NCBI GenBank assembly: GCA_944390835.1
Contig: CALXQT010000010.1
Location: 583-64,582, forward strand
Direction of reading: 5' to 3'
DNA from: an uncultured Alphaproteobacteria bacterium
Lineage (GTDB): Bacteria > Pseudomonadota > Alphaproteobacteria > Rs-D84
DNA: 64,000 nucleotides
Shown here: positions 18,434 through 26,565 of the stretch, one piece after another
How positions within the stretch are numbered: the first letter of the stretch is position 1
Layout of the letters: every line of letters starts with the position of its first letter
Translations under genes and position numbers: made by a program
Notes under the pieces: model-generated
Databases searched by the model: none
What the model was told of the DNA's origin: nothing
Seen by the model: the letters and a program-made list of their open reading frames with translations, nothing else

Positions 18434-18979
18434 TTATTCATTGTTTTGCATGGCTAATTGTTTTGCCTGTGCAAAAAAAGTTAACGATTGTCCCAACAAG
18501 CCATCCGTAAATGTTGTTGCAAGAATTCCATCCGGATCAGTTGTTGTTAGATGGTTAAGAAAACTATCGGCCCTGTTCATGTAGTTATCTATGCTGCGTG
18601 CTACTTCTGGGTCAAGTTTTATGCATCTACGTAATTTTTCTAAAGCGAATGGGTTCTTGGCGTATTCGTCCATTATTCCGCCCAAAGCTCGCCATAGCGG
18701 GTGTTCGTTCGTATTGCGTGGCATTACATCAATTGCAGCCATTATAGGAATCAAATTTTGTAATAAATCTTGATATATCATCTCTGCATTTTCTGCAACA
18801 GCATTTGTTGCAGATTTATTCTTTAATACAGATTGAATTTTGACTATCAAATTATATTGATGGGTAATATTTTTTGATATATCTCGGATACGAGCATTCG
18901 TCGTAAATATCAAATAAAGCATTGCAAGTTGTATTAGTAAGACAATGCTTAAAACCGTAATAATTATTATAGCCTGCAT
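18434..18979 (-). CDS. Hypothetical N-terminally membrane-anchored protein, first gene of the sufBC transcription unit
   Basis: One N-terminal TM helix followed by a helical domain. Its stop lies 2 nt before the sufB start. Confidence 0.5.
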   Translation of the reverse strand: MQAIIIITVLSIVLLIQLAMLYLIFTTNARIRDISKNITHQYNLIVKIQSVLKNKSATNAVAENAEMIYQDLLQNLIPIMAAIDVMPRNTNEHPLWRALGGIMDEYAKNPFALEKLRRCIKLDPEVARSIDNYMNRADSFLNHLTTTDPDGILATTFTDGLLGQSLTFFAQAKQLAMQNNE

Positions 18980-19166
18980 ATGTTATTACCCCCGCATTTT
19001 GTACTTATTTGGTTTAGTATAGCATCTTTTATCGATTCGTGCGATTTTATCTTTATAAAATTTAAAACTTTCCCTATTTAGTATGCGTTTTAGTCTTGCA
19101 CAGATTCGGTCAAATTGTTATAATTATGTAATAAATGGGGTAAAACATTCAGGAAAGGAAGTTTTC

Positions 19167-20075
19167 ATGTTCCGTAAATTTTTTATTTTTGCTATGTTTG
19201 CTACGGCTGCAGGGTATTGCTTTGCGGCAGAAACATTACCACAAATTGTTACATCAGAGGTTTATTATTCTCAACAACCGGTTGTAACAGAAACGCAAAG
19301 CGTTCAATATGATGCCGCCGCGACACAAGCGGAAATACCGGTATGGCCTATTGCTGGGTCTGATGCTGACGTTACCGTTGCGTGCGGAGATAGCGCATGT
19401 TCAGGTTCGCAGAACGATAACATTCGTATAGTTTCGAAAATTGGTGCAGATTTAGTCGTAGAAAATAATTTTAATCTTGGCAGAAATACAGATGGGGACT
19501 TTAACGGTTGGTCCGGTGGTGCAAATATGCTGCATGGTATGCAAGTTCCGGCTGGATTTGACGATCCTTGTAATAGCGGGGCAGAAATGCCTTTGTTAAG
19601 CAGGGAAATGCTAGAAGATGATGGTGGAACTGTTTTGGCTGTTTCTCGTAGTAGTCGCCAAGATTGTAATCAATATCGCGACGGGTACGAAGCTTTCATG
19701 GCAAAAGTTGGTATGACAGATGCTGAAATTGCTGCTGCTAATGAAGCAACGGAATCTTTAGATGCTGAAATTTCAGTTGATGTTTCTGCAGATGCAGAGG
19801 CTCCTGTAACTTTAACGGATCAAGTGCGTTCTTGGGTTGTTGCAAATGGTCAGACATTGCGTGAGGTTCTACAGGATTGGTGTAACAAAGAGGGGTGGGA
19901 TTTAGTTTGGGCCACTTCTCGTGAATATCCGATTGAAGCTAGTGCTGTATTCAAAGGGCGTTTTGTTGATGTTGCGTCTGCGCTGGTTCGTAACTTTGCG
20001 CGAGCTACGCCAATCCCATATGCTAAGTTTTATAAAGGAAATCGGGTTCTTGTAATTTCCACAACTGAAGAATAA
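19167..20075 (+). CDS. Secreted protein with a C-terminal TcpQ/PilL-like domain (type IVb pilus / secretin-associated)
   Basis: RBS aggaaaggaa. Signal peptide ..GYCFA/AE. C-terminal WVVANGQTLREVLQDWCNKEGWDLVW...YPIEASAVFKGRFVDVASALV...FYKGNRVLVIS fits the TcpQ-domain pattern as I recall it. Confidence 0.6.
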   Translation: MFRKFFIFAMFATAAGYCFAAETLPQIVTSEVYYSQQPVVTETQSVQYDAAATQAEIPVWPIAGSDADVTVACGDSACSGSQNDNIRIVSKIGADLVVENNFNLGRNTDGDFNGWSGGANMLHGMQVPAGFDDPCNSGAEMPLLSREMLEDDGGTVLAVSRSSRQDCNQYRDGYEAFMAKVGMTDAEIAAANEATESLDAEISVDVSADAEAPVTLTDQVRSWVVANGQTLREVLQDWCNKEGWDLVWATSREYPIEASAVFKGRFVDVASALVRNFARATPIPYAKFYKGNRVLVISTTEE

Positions 20076-20109
20076 TTGTCAAGTTAGTTTGCCGTAGGAG
20101 AAAATAAAT

Positions 20110-21738
20110 ATGACCAAACCGATAAAATTTTTAATTATGTGCACACTTTTAAGTGCGTTTGTTGCTGGATGCACAACGAAAGAGTCGGCCAAGGTTGCGG
20201 CTTCTGTGGATCAAGACTTTATTAATGCATATGATGCGTTTGAAATGTCTAAAAATCCTCCGGCCAAGGTTGCTAGTGGCGATACTGTTTCTATGTCCGA
20301 AGGTGTTTGGTTGGGGTCTTCTTCTACCTTATTAGAACATCGTAATAATTTACCGTCTAAATTTGAAACAAGTACCGGAATTACAATTTTATTAAACGAA
20401 CCTGTTACTTTAAATGTGTTGGCGAATAATATTACATCTATAACTGGTATCCCAGTAAAAATTGATAGTCAGATAAATGCCGAAAAATTAAAGAAAACAA
20501 TAAATATTGCATATACTGGTAGTCTGTCTGGATTATTGTCTCAGGTTGCAACAGACTTAGATTTATTGTGGTATTATAATAAGTCTGCAATTGTTTTTTA
20601 TGAAACAGAGACAAAAACATTTACTTTGTATGCCTTAGGTACAGATGTTTCTTATCAAACGGCGGTTGAAACAGATGGCGGCAATACCGTATCTTTGGAA
20701 TCTACATTAAAAGAGTGGGATGAAATAGAAAATGCGATAGAAACAATTACTAGTGAAGTAGATAATGCAACGTTTACGGTGTCTCGTAGCTTGGGCACGA
20801 TAACTGTGACAGCTCCTCCGTCGACCCTTGCACGTGTTTCTGATTATATAGATCGCCAAAATAAACGTTTGTCTCAATTAGTAACAATTGATGTAAAAGT
20901 TTTACAAGTATCTATATCTAATGATTCTGCATTTGGTTTAAATTTGGCGGCGGCAATAAATTCTGCTTCTGGTTTAAATATAGTTGCTAACCCTAAAAAT
21001 AATTTAACCAGTACAGAAGCCAGTTCTATGAATATAGCTGTTTTATCTAATGCTGTATCTGGAATGACTGGGGCAACGCATACTGAAGGTAATTCAACTG
21101 TATCCGGTGCATATACCCAAGATCAAATTCAAAACGGTTCTTTATCAGGCTTGGCTGGTACAGATGCATTGATTCAGGCGTTGGCAAAGCAGGGTAAGGT
21201 ATCTTTGGTTACAAACGTAGGTGTTACAACCCGTAGTAATCGTGTGGCACCTGTAAATAACACAAAAACAACGGGTTATATAAAGCGCTTTGAATCACGT
21301 AACTTTACGACAGTTGAATCAAGTACGGTTGATCAGGATGATTTGGAAACAGGATTTTCTATGCAGTTATTACCAAATGTTCTTGAAAACGGAAAAATAT
21401 TGTTGCTATTCAGAATGTCAATTCGTGAATTGTTAAAGATGTCTACGCAAACGATTGGTGAGGTTACTTTACAGCTACCAGAGGTTGAAGAACGTAGCTT
21501 TATGCAAGAAGTTATTATGGAATCTGGACAGATGTTGGTTGTTTCCGGGTTTGAAAAACAAACAAATAATGATACTCGTTATGGGTTAGGAGATCCTGAC
21601 TTTATGGCGTTGTCCGGTTCTAGGGAAACAAGCGCTACGCGAGATGTGTTAGTTGTAATCCTGACCCCGCAAGTATTGGTAAGCCCAATGGATGCCGAAA
21701 GAACGATACAGCAACATTGGGGTGCCCCGTTGAATTAA
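20110..21738 (+). CDS. Lipoprotein secretin (PilN-like type IVb-pilus-type outer-membrane secretin)
   Basis: Lipobox FVAGC. Secretin core LVTIDVKVLQVSISNDSAFGLN.. and C-terminal ..RDVLVVILTPQVL. 542 aa. Confidence 0.7.
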   Translation: MTKPIKFLIMCTLLSAFVAGCTTKESAKVAASVDQDFINAYDAFEMSKNPPAKVASGDTVSMSEGVWLGSSSTLLEHRNNLPSKFETSTGITILLNEPVTLNVLANNITSITGIPVKIDSQINAEKLKKTINIAYTGSLSGLLSQVATDLDLLWYYNKSAIVFYETETKTFTLYALGTDVSYQTAVETDGGNTVSLESTLKEWDEIENAIETITSEVDNATFTVSRSLGTITVTAPPSTLARVSDYIDRQNKRLSQLVTIDVKVLQVSISNDSAFGLNLAAAINSASGLNIVANPKNNLTSTEASSMNIAVLSNAVSGMTGATHTEGNSTVSGAYTQDQIQNGSLSGLAGTDALIQALAKQGKVSLVTNVGVTTRSNRVAPVNNTKTTGYIKRFESRNFTTVESSTVDQDDLETGFSMQLLPNVLENGKILLLFRMSIRELLKMSTQTIGEVTLQLPEVEERSFMQEVIMESGQMLVVSGFEKQTNNDTRYGLGDPDFMALSGSRETSATRDVLVVILTPQVLVSPMDAERTIQQHWGAPLN

Positions 21739-21741
21739 AAT

Positions 21742-21774
21742 AAAGAACCGCCTTTGTTGCGGTTCTTTATTTTA
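21742..21774. terminator. Bidirectional terminator (secretin / rpsT)
   Basis: aaagaaccgc-N7-gcggttcttt 10-bp stem plus T-run. Confidence 0.85.
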
Positions 21775-21835
21775 TATATCAATAAAAAACATCTCATTAA
21801 GGGATATTTTTTTATTTAGAGTTCTAAAAATAGTT

Positions 21836-22096
21836 TTATGCCATTTTGGCAACTTTTTTAGTCAAACGAGAAATTTTACGTGCCGCACGTTTTTTTGGCA
21901 TAACTTTACCAGCAGCTTTCATAATTTTACTTTCTGCTGCGCGTGCCGCGCTGATCGCATTTGCTTTATCACCAGATTCAACGGCGACAAGTACTTTTTT
22001 TGACGCTGTTTTTACAGCACTACGACGAGAGTTATTAACGGCATTCTTTTTTTCCGTTATTAAAATTCTTTTTTTTGATGACTTGTGATTTGCCAC
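21836..22096 (-). CDS. rpsT: 30S ribosomal protein S20
   Basis: MANHKSSKKR.. with a basic helical body. 86 aa. Confidence 0.95.
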   Translation of the reverse strand: MANHKSSKKRILITEKKNAVNNSRRSAVKTASKKVLVAVESGDKANAISAARAAESKIMKAAGKVMPKKRAARKISRLTKKVAKMA

Positions 22097-22169
22097 TTTA
22101 TTTTCCTTTTATTTATTTTTGTTTTCTGATATTTTATAGAAAACAAACATAAAATCAAGGAAAAATAAA

Positions 22170-22763
22170 ATGATGTGGCTTTATATAATTGTATTAATCA
22201 TTTCTTATTTGTTAGGTTCTATTCCTATGGGGCTGATCCTGACAAGAGCAATGGGTAAAGGGGATTTGCGAAAAGTAGGGAGTGGTAATATCGGCGCTAC
22301 CAATGTTATGCGGGTGGGCGGTTTACGTATGGCCGCTGCAACGTGGCTTCTTGATATGGCGAAAGCCGTTATTGCTGTATTAATAGGTACTTATGTTTTG
22401 AACCCAGTTTTTGGGGCTTGGTGCGGTTTCGCAGCAATCGTAGGACATTGTTATCCTGTTTGGTTAAAGTTTAACGGTGGCAAAGGCATTTCTTCTTTAT
22501 TTGGAGTTTTGTTGACTACTAATCCGTTAGCTTTTCTTGTCTGCGGTGTGGAATGGTTAATTGTGGCCCTGTCTTCTGGTTATTCTTCGTTGGGGGCGGT
22601 TGTTGTATTTTGTTTAATACCTATATTAGGCTTTGTTATAAGTTTTCAAATGGGGTGGCCTTTTTTAGCAATTGCTTTATTATGCATGTGGCGACATCGT
22701 GCAAATATAAAGCGTTTGCTTACCGCATCCGAGTCAAAAATAGAGTGGAAATGGAAAAAGTAA
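22170..22763 (+). CDS. plsY: Glycerol-3-phosphate acyltransferase PlsY
   Basis: GSGNIGATNVMR and FKGGKG-like (FNGGKGIS) motifs. 5 TM helices. 197 aa. Confidence 0.9.
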   Translation: MMWLYIIVLIISYLLGSIPMGLILTRAMGKGDLRKVGSGNIGATNVMRVGGLRMAAATWLLDMAKAVIAVLIGTYVLNPVFGAWCGFAAIVGHCYPVWLKFNGGKGISSLFGVLLTTNPLAFLVCGVEWLIVALSSGYSSLGAVVVFCLIPILGFVISFQMGWPFLAIALLCMWRHRANIKRLLTASESKIEWKWKK

Positions 22764-22765
22764 AA

Positions 22766-22791
22766 ACGTGTCGCCAAATGGCGACGTTTTT
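22766..22791 (+). terminator. Rho-independent terminator after plsY
   Basis: gtcgcc-aaat-ggcgac hairpin plus ttttt. Confidence 0.7.
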
Positions 22792-22861
22792 ACATGTATT
22801 TATTCTTTATTTTTAAGCCTTTTTATGATATAATAATACACATATGAAATATGGAAGAGAG

Positions 22862-23737
22862 ATGAAAAAAATAATACCATATATTATTATTTGCTTTATT
22901 GGGATGCCTGCTTTAGCGTCAACATCAGAAAATCAAGTTCGGCGTTCAATGGCAACACAATTTGTACAGGCGGCCCCACGGGCAACGGCTTCAACTAATC
23001 AAATTTCTGCTATGGCAAATGCTAGTGCAGGGGCCGCGGTCGTTGATATGTCTAGCGTTAGGGTACCAGCTGGGACGGTAACGGCCAATGACGATGCTAC
23101 CGATAATGAAGAAAAGCCTTCTGTGCCAAATAATAATAGTGAATATGAAAGGCAAAAAGCAGCCTGTTTGAATAATAATATTGGTATAGGTAATACATTC
23201 GTTTGGGCTTCTCGTTATAGTAATACCAATAATTATTCTTCTATGGTAGAAGACGTTAATAACCCAGAGAATAATGTTTGTTTTGTGCTAGTAGATATAA
23301 AATCTGCAGACCCTAAAATTAATGTATCGGATATTTTGTCAAAATACTTTCAGATGGGGCAGAATATAACTTGTGGAAGTTGGGCAAATGAGGATACATT
23401 GCGGCAACGCATCTTAGACGCTAAAAAAAGTAATCGTACATGGGCGACTGTTGGTGGCGCTGTTGGTGGTGCTGCGTTGGGGGTCGGAGCGATGGAATTG
23501 TTTGGTAATCGATTGATCGGCGGAAGCGTTATGGGGCAAAAGCAGGCAGATATATCTGATGATGATCGGTTGTTAATGCAATTACGGGCATTAAAGAACG
23601 ACAGCCCTTCTGAATTTGAACAATTTATGAGTGCTTTAGAATCTTTACAGAAAGCGTGTGACGAGTGGGAGGGGGAAAATAAGCCATCAGAATGTAATAG
23701 ATATAATTACAAGAAATTAATAAATGCTAAAAATTAA
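22862..23737 (+). CDS. Hypothetical exported protein with a glycine-zipper hydrophobic segment near the C-terminus
   Basis: RBS ggaagagag before ATG 22862. Signal ..MPALA/ST. WATVGGAVGGAALGVGAMELFG segment. No family recognised. Confidence 0.5.
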   Translation: MKKIIPYIIICFIGMPALASTSENQVRRSMATQFVQAAPRATASTNQISAMANASAGAAVVDMSSVRVPAGTVTANDDATDNEEKPSVPNNNSEYERQKAACLNNNIGIGNTFVWASRYSNTNNYSSMVEDVNNPENNVCFVLVDIKSADPKINVSDILSKYFQMGQNITCGSWANEDTLRQRILDAKKSNRTWATVGGAVGGAALGVGAMELFGNRLIGGSVMGQKQADISDDDRLLMQLRALKNDSPSEFEQFMSALESLQKACDEWEGENKPSECNRYNYKKLINAKN

Positions 23738-23740
23738 ATA

Positions 23741-23762
23741 AAAAGCCCATTAGGGCTTTTTA
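23741..23762 (+). terminator. Rho-independent terminator
   Basis: aaaagccc-atta-gggctttt hairpin. Confidence 0.8.
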
Positions 23763-23812
23763 TTATAAAATATACTTTCAATATATAATTTATTTTTCTT
23801 ATAGTATTTATC

Positions 23813-24844
23813 ATGGATAATATAGATTTATTTAATAAATTGCTTATATTGCGCTCTCCTAATGTGGGGCCCGTTCGTTATAATAAATTGATCCATAAGT
23901 ATGATGGAAATTTAGCAATGGTTATAGATGAATTAAAACCAGATGTTTCGATTCGTAATGCTGTTGCACGTGAATTAGATTTAGCAGATAAATTACATAT
24001 ATATTATATATGTGATGATACGGATTTATATCCTGAGGCTTTACGAAATATGTCATCACATCCCCCAGTATTATCTGTGCGTGGGAATATAAACACATTA
24101 TTAAAACAGTGCGTCAGTATTGTCGGAACTCGTCATGCAACAGCCGCAGGTATGAATTTCATTGCTGATATTGCAAAGGAGTTTGCTTCACACAATTATG
24201 CAGTAGTATCTGGTTTGGCCATGGGGACCGATAGTGCTGCACATCGTGGCGCTTTAAGAGCTGCTGGTAGTACACAGACAATAGCTGTAGTTGCTGGTGG
24301 TGCAGATTACATATGGCCTCTTGAAAATGAAAAACTGTATTGGGAAATTGTAGAGCGTGGGGCCGTTATTAGCGAGATGCCTGTCGGCTTTGTTCCAGTC
24401 TCGGCGAACTTCGTTATGCGAAATCGTTGGATTGCTGGATTAGGTCAGAAATTAATATTAGGTGAGGCAGATTTAAACTCTGGCAGTATGAAAACAGTCC
24501 GATTCGCACGTGAAGCGAATCGGGAAATTTGGGCAATACCGTCACATCCCTCTGATTCTAGGTCTTTGGGACCAAATTCATTGATAAAATCTGGTGTTGC
24601 TAATATATGTATGGGAGCTTCAGATTTTTTTAATGTAGAAAACAAAGAACAAATGAACATAAAAAATAATAAAAAAATTGATTCGGAAAATACAATATTA
24701 GATGCGATAGGAATGATTCCTGTATCAGAATCTGTATTGTCAGAAATTGTCAAAAAAACAATTTCGGAAATAAAAAGTGAATTAGTGATTCTAGAAATGC
24801 AAGGTTTAATAAGAAAAGTTGATGGCGGGTATGTTCGTTCGTAA
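23813..24844 (+). CDS. dprA: DNA-processing protein DprA (Smf)
   Basis: Rossmann core VSIVGTRHATAAG..VVSGLAMGTDSAAHRGAL..IAVVAGG. C-terminal winged-helix-like tail. Confidence 0.85.
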   Translation: MDNIDLFNKLLILRSPNVGPVRYNKLIHKYDGNLAMVIDELKPDVSIRNAVARELDLADKLHIYYICDDTDLYPEALRNMSSHPPVLSVRGNINTLLKQCVSIVGTRHATAAGMNFIADIAKEFASHNYAVVSGLAMGTDSAAHRGALRAAGSTQTIAVVAGGADYIWPLENEKLYWEIVERGAVISEMPVGFVPVSANFVMRNRWIAGLGQKLILGEADLNSGSMKTVRFAREANREIWAIPSHPSDSRSLGPNSLIKSGVANICMGASDFFNVENKEQMNIKNNKKIDSENTILDAIGMIPVSESVLSEIVKKTISEIKSELVILEMQGLIRKVDGGYVRS

Positions 24845-25044
24845 GAAAAAAGTTGTCTATACAATGTATATACAAGGTGCAGAAAACTGGTAAAAAAACG
24901 AATCGTTGTCAAAAAATAAATCTTAAAAAATTCTTTAACAAATTGTTGCAAATCCAGTTTTATCTTATAACGTATTTGACGTATCCAAAACGATTGAGAG
25001 TAACCTCAATCAAAACGAAGCGAGAGAGTTAAGAGTAGGGCTAG

Positions 25045-25103
25045 ACATAAACACTAAATTTTTATGATGTCGTAGATATGGCAGTAAAATTTAGTGTTTA
25101 TGT
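25045..25103. repeat. Perfect 18-bp inverted repeat (23-nt spacer) in the dnaA upstream region
   Basis: acataaacactaaatttt (25045-25062) pairs with aaaatttagtgtttatgt (25086-25103). It is nested inside further complementary segments: 25032-37/25118-23 and 25024-31/25138-45. Confidence 0.85.
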
Positions 25104-25168
25104 GCAGGTGATTTTTATACTCTTGCGCTATAACGGGTAACTCTTTTAGGGAAGGAAAGGAGAAACAT

Positions 25169-26446
25169 ATGCAGGTAGTGGCGACAATGAAAACGACTAA
25201 CTTGGATCAAATCAAGGAGGCCATCGCCGCGAAAATGGATTCTGCTAGTTTTACTTCTTGGATTGCCCCATTACAATTTGATATTTGCGATAAAGAATTA
25301 ATTCTGACGGCCCAAAATCAATTCTCGGCAGATTTTATCGGTAGTGTGCATAAAAATGTTTTATCTGAAGTTGCGGCTCAATTTGGTTTAGTGGTTTCAA
25401 TTTGTGTTCGTGGTGCAAGTGTTGCCTCAACGGTTGCAAATGATAATAATGTTCAATTATATACTCCGGCTGTAGCACCTAAAAAAGAAACGACAGACGG
25501 TTTCGATACCTTTGTTTGTTGTGACGAGAATGCCTTTGTCTTATCGGCGTGCAAAAAATTGGCGGCGGGTTCGGTTTCTTTCTCGCCGCTGTTTATTTAT
25601 GGGGCTGCTGGTTGCGGAAAGTCTTTGTTAGTAAATTGTATAGAAAATGCCACAACCGCTCGTGTTGTAAAAATGTCTGGTGGGCAATTTGTTTCTGAAT
25701 TTACCCGCAGTTTGCATGATCGTACTGTTTTCGCATTTAAAGATTTTTGTCGTAATTGTGATACATTTATTTTGGATGATGTTCAAGCCTTAGCTGGTAA
25801 ACGGGCAACATGCGAAGAATTTGCACAATTGATTATGGATTTACGTGCGGCAGGAAAAAATATTGTTTTAACAGCAAATGTTGCACCAAGTAATTTAAAT
25901 GGTTTTGATCGTCGGATGCAATCATTGTTTGCCTCTGGTTTGGTGGCGGACGTTGCGGCGCCTACAACAAATGTAAAGCGCGTTATATTAATGCGTTCTG
26001 GGATTTCTGCGGATGTTGCAGATACAATTTCTTCTCGTATAGCGGGAGATGGGCACCTAGTAAGCGGCGTCGCAATGAAAATAAAAACATATGCAGAATT
26101 AATGGGGCAGACAGTCACAATGGATGTCGCACAGCATTTGTTGGCAGATACTTTGCAGAAGTCAAAAACACCAATAGCTATGGTAAAATCTATGTGTGAA
26201 AAATTAGGCGTTGCCTATGATGCGGTGTGTGGAAAAGGGCGTTGTCGTGCAGTTGTTTTAGCTCGTCAGATGATGATGTCTGTATTAAAAGAGGCGACTA
26301 ATATGTCTTTAACAGAAATCGGACGTGTATGCGGTGATCGTGATCATGCAACAGTCGTATATGCAATTGCACAAATAGAAAAACTAAAGAAATCAGATCT
26401 AGTATTATCAGCGCAAATAAATCAATTGGTTGCAGATTTTAAATAA
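25169..26446 (+). CDS. dnaA: Chromosomal replication initiator DnaA (divergent)
   Basis: Strong RBS ggaaaggag. Domain I ..FTSWIAPL... Walker A GAAGCGKS, Walker B FILDDVQ. Domain IV ..LTEIGRVCGDRDHATVVYAIAQIEKL. 425 aa. Confidence 0.8.
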   Translation: MQVVATMKTTNLDQIKEAIAAKMDSASFTSWIAPLQFDICDKELILTAQNQFSADFIGSVHKNVLSEVAAQFGLVVSICVRGASVASTVANDNNVQLYTPAVAPKKETTDGFDTFVCCDENAFVLSACKKLAAGSVSFSPLFIYGAAGCGKSLLVNCIENATTARVVKMSGGQFVSEFTRSLHDRTVFAFKDFCRNCDTFILDDVQALAGKRATCEEFAQLIMDLRAAGKNIVLTANVAPSNLNGFDRRMQSLFASGLVADVAAPTTNVKRVILMRSGISADVADTISSRIAGDGHLVSGVAMKIKTYAELMGQTVTMDVAQHLLADTLQKSKTPIAMVKSMCEKLGVAYDAVCGKGRCRAVVLARQMMMSVLKEATNMSLTEIGRVCGDRDHATVVYAIAQIEKLKKSDLVLSAQINQLVADFK

Positions 26447-26565
26447 TCATAAATATAATATTTTCTTGTTGAGTGTAATTTCATTATTGGAAAGACCGGC
26501 TTTTTATGATAAAATCATAATGATATTTATATAATACCTATTGAGTGTTATGAATGGAGAGAGTT

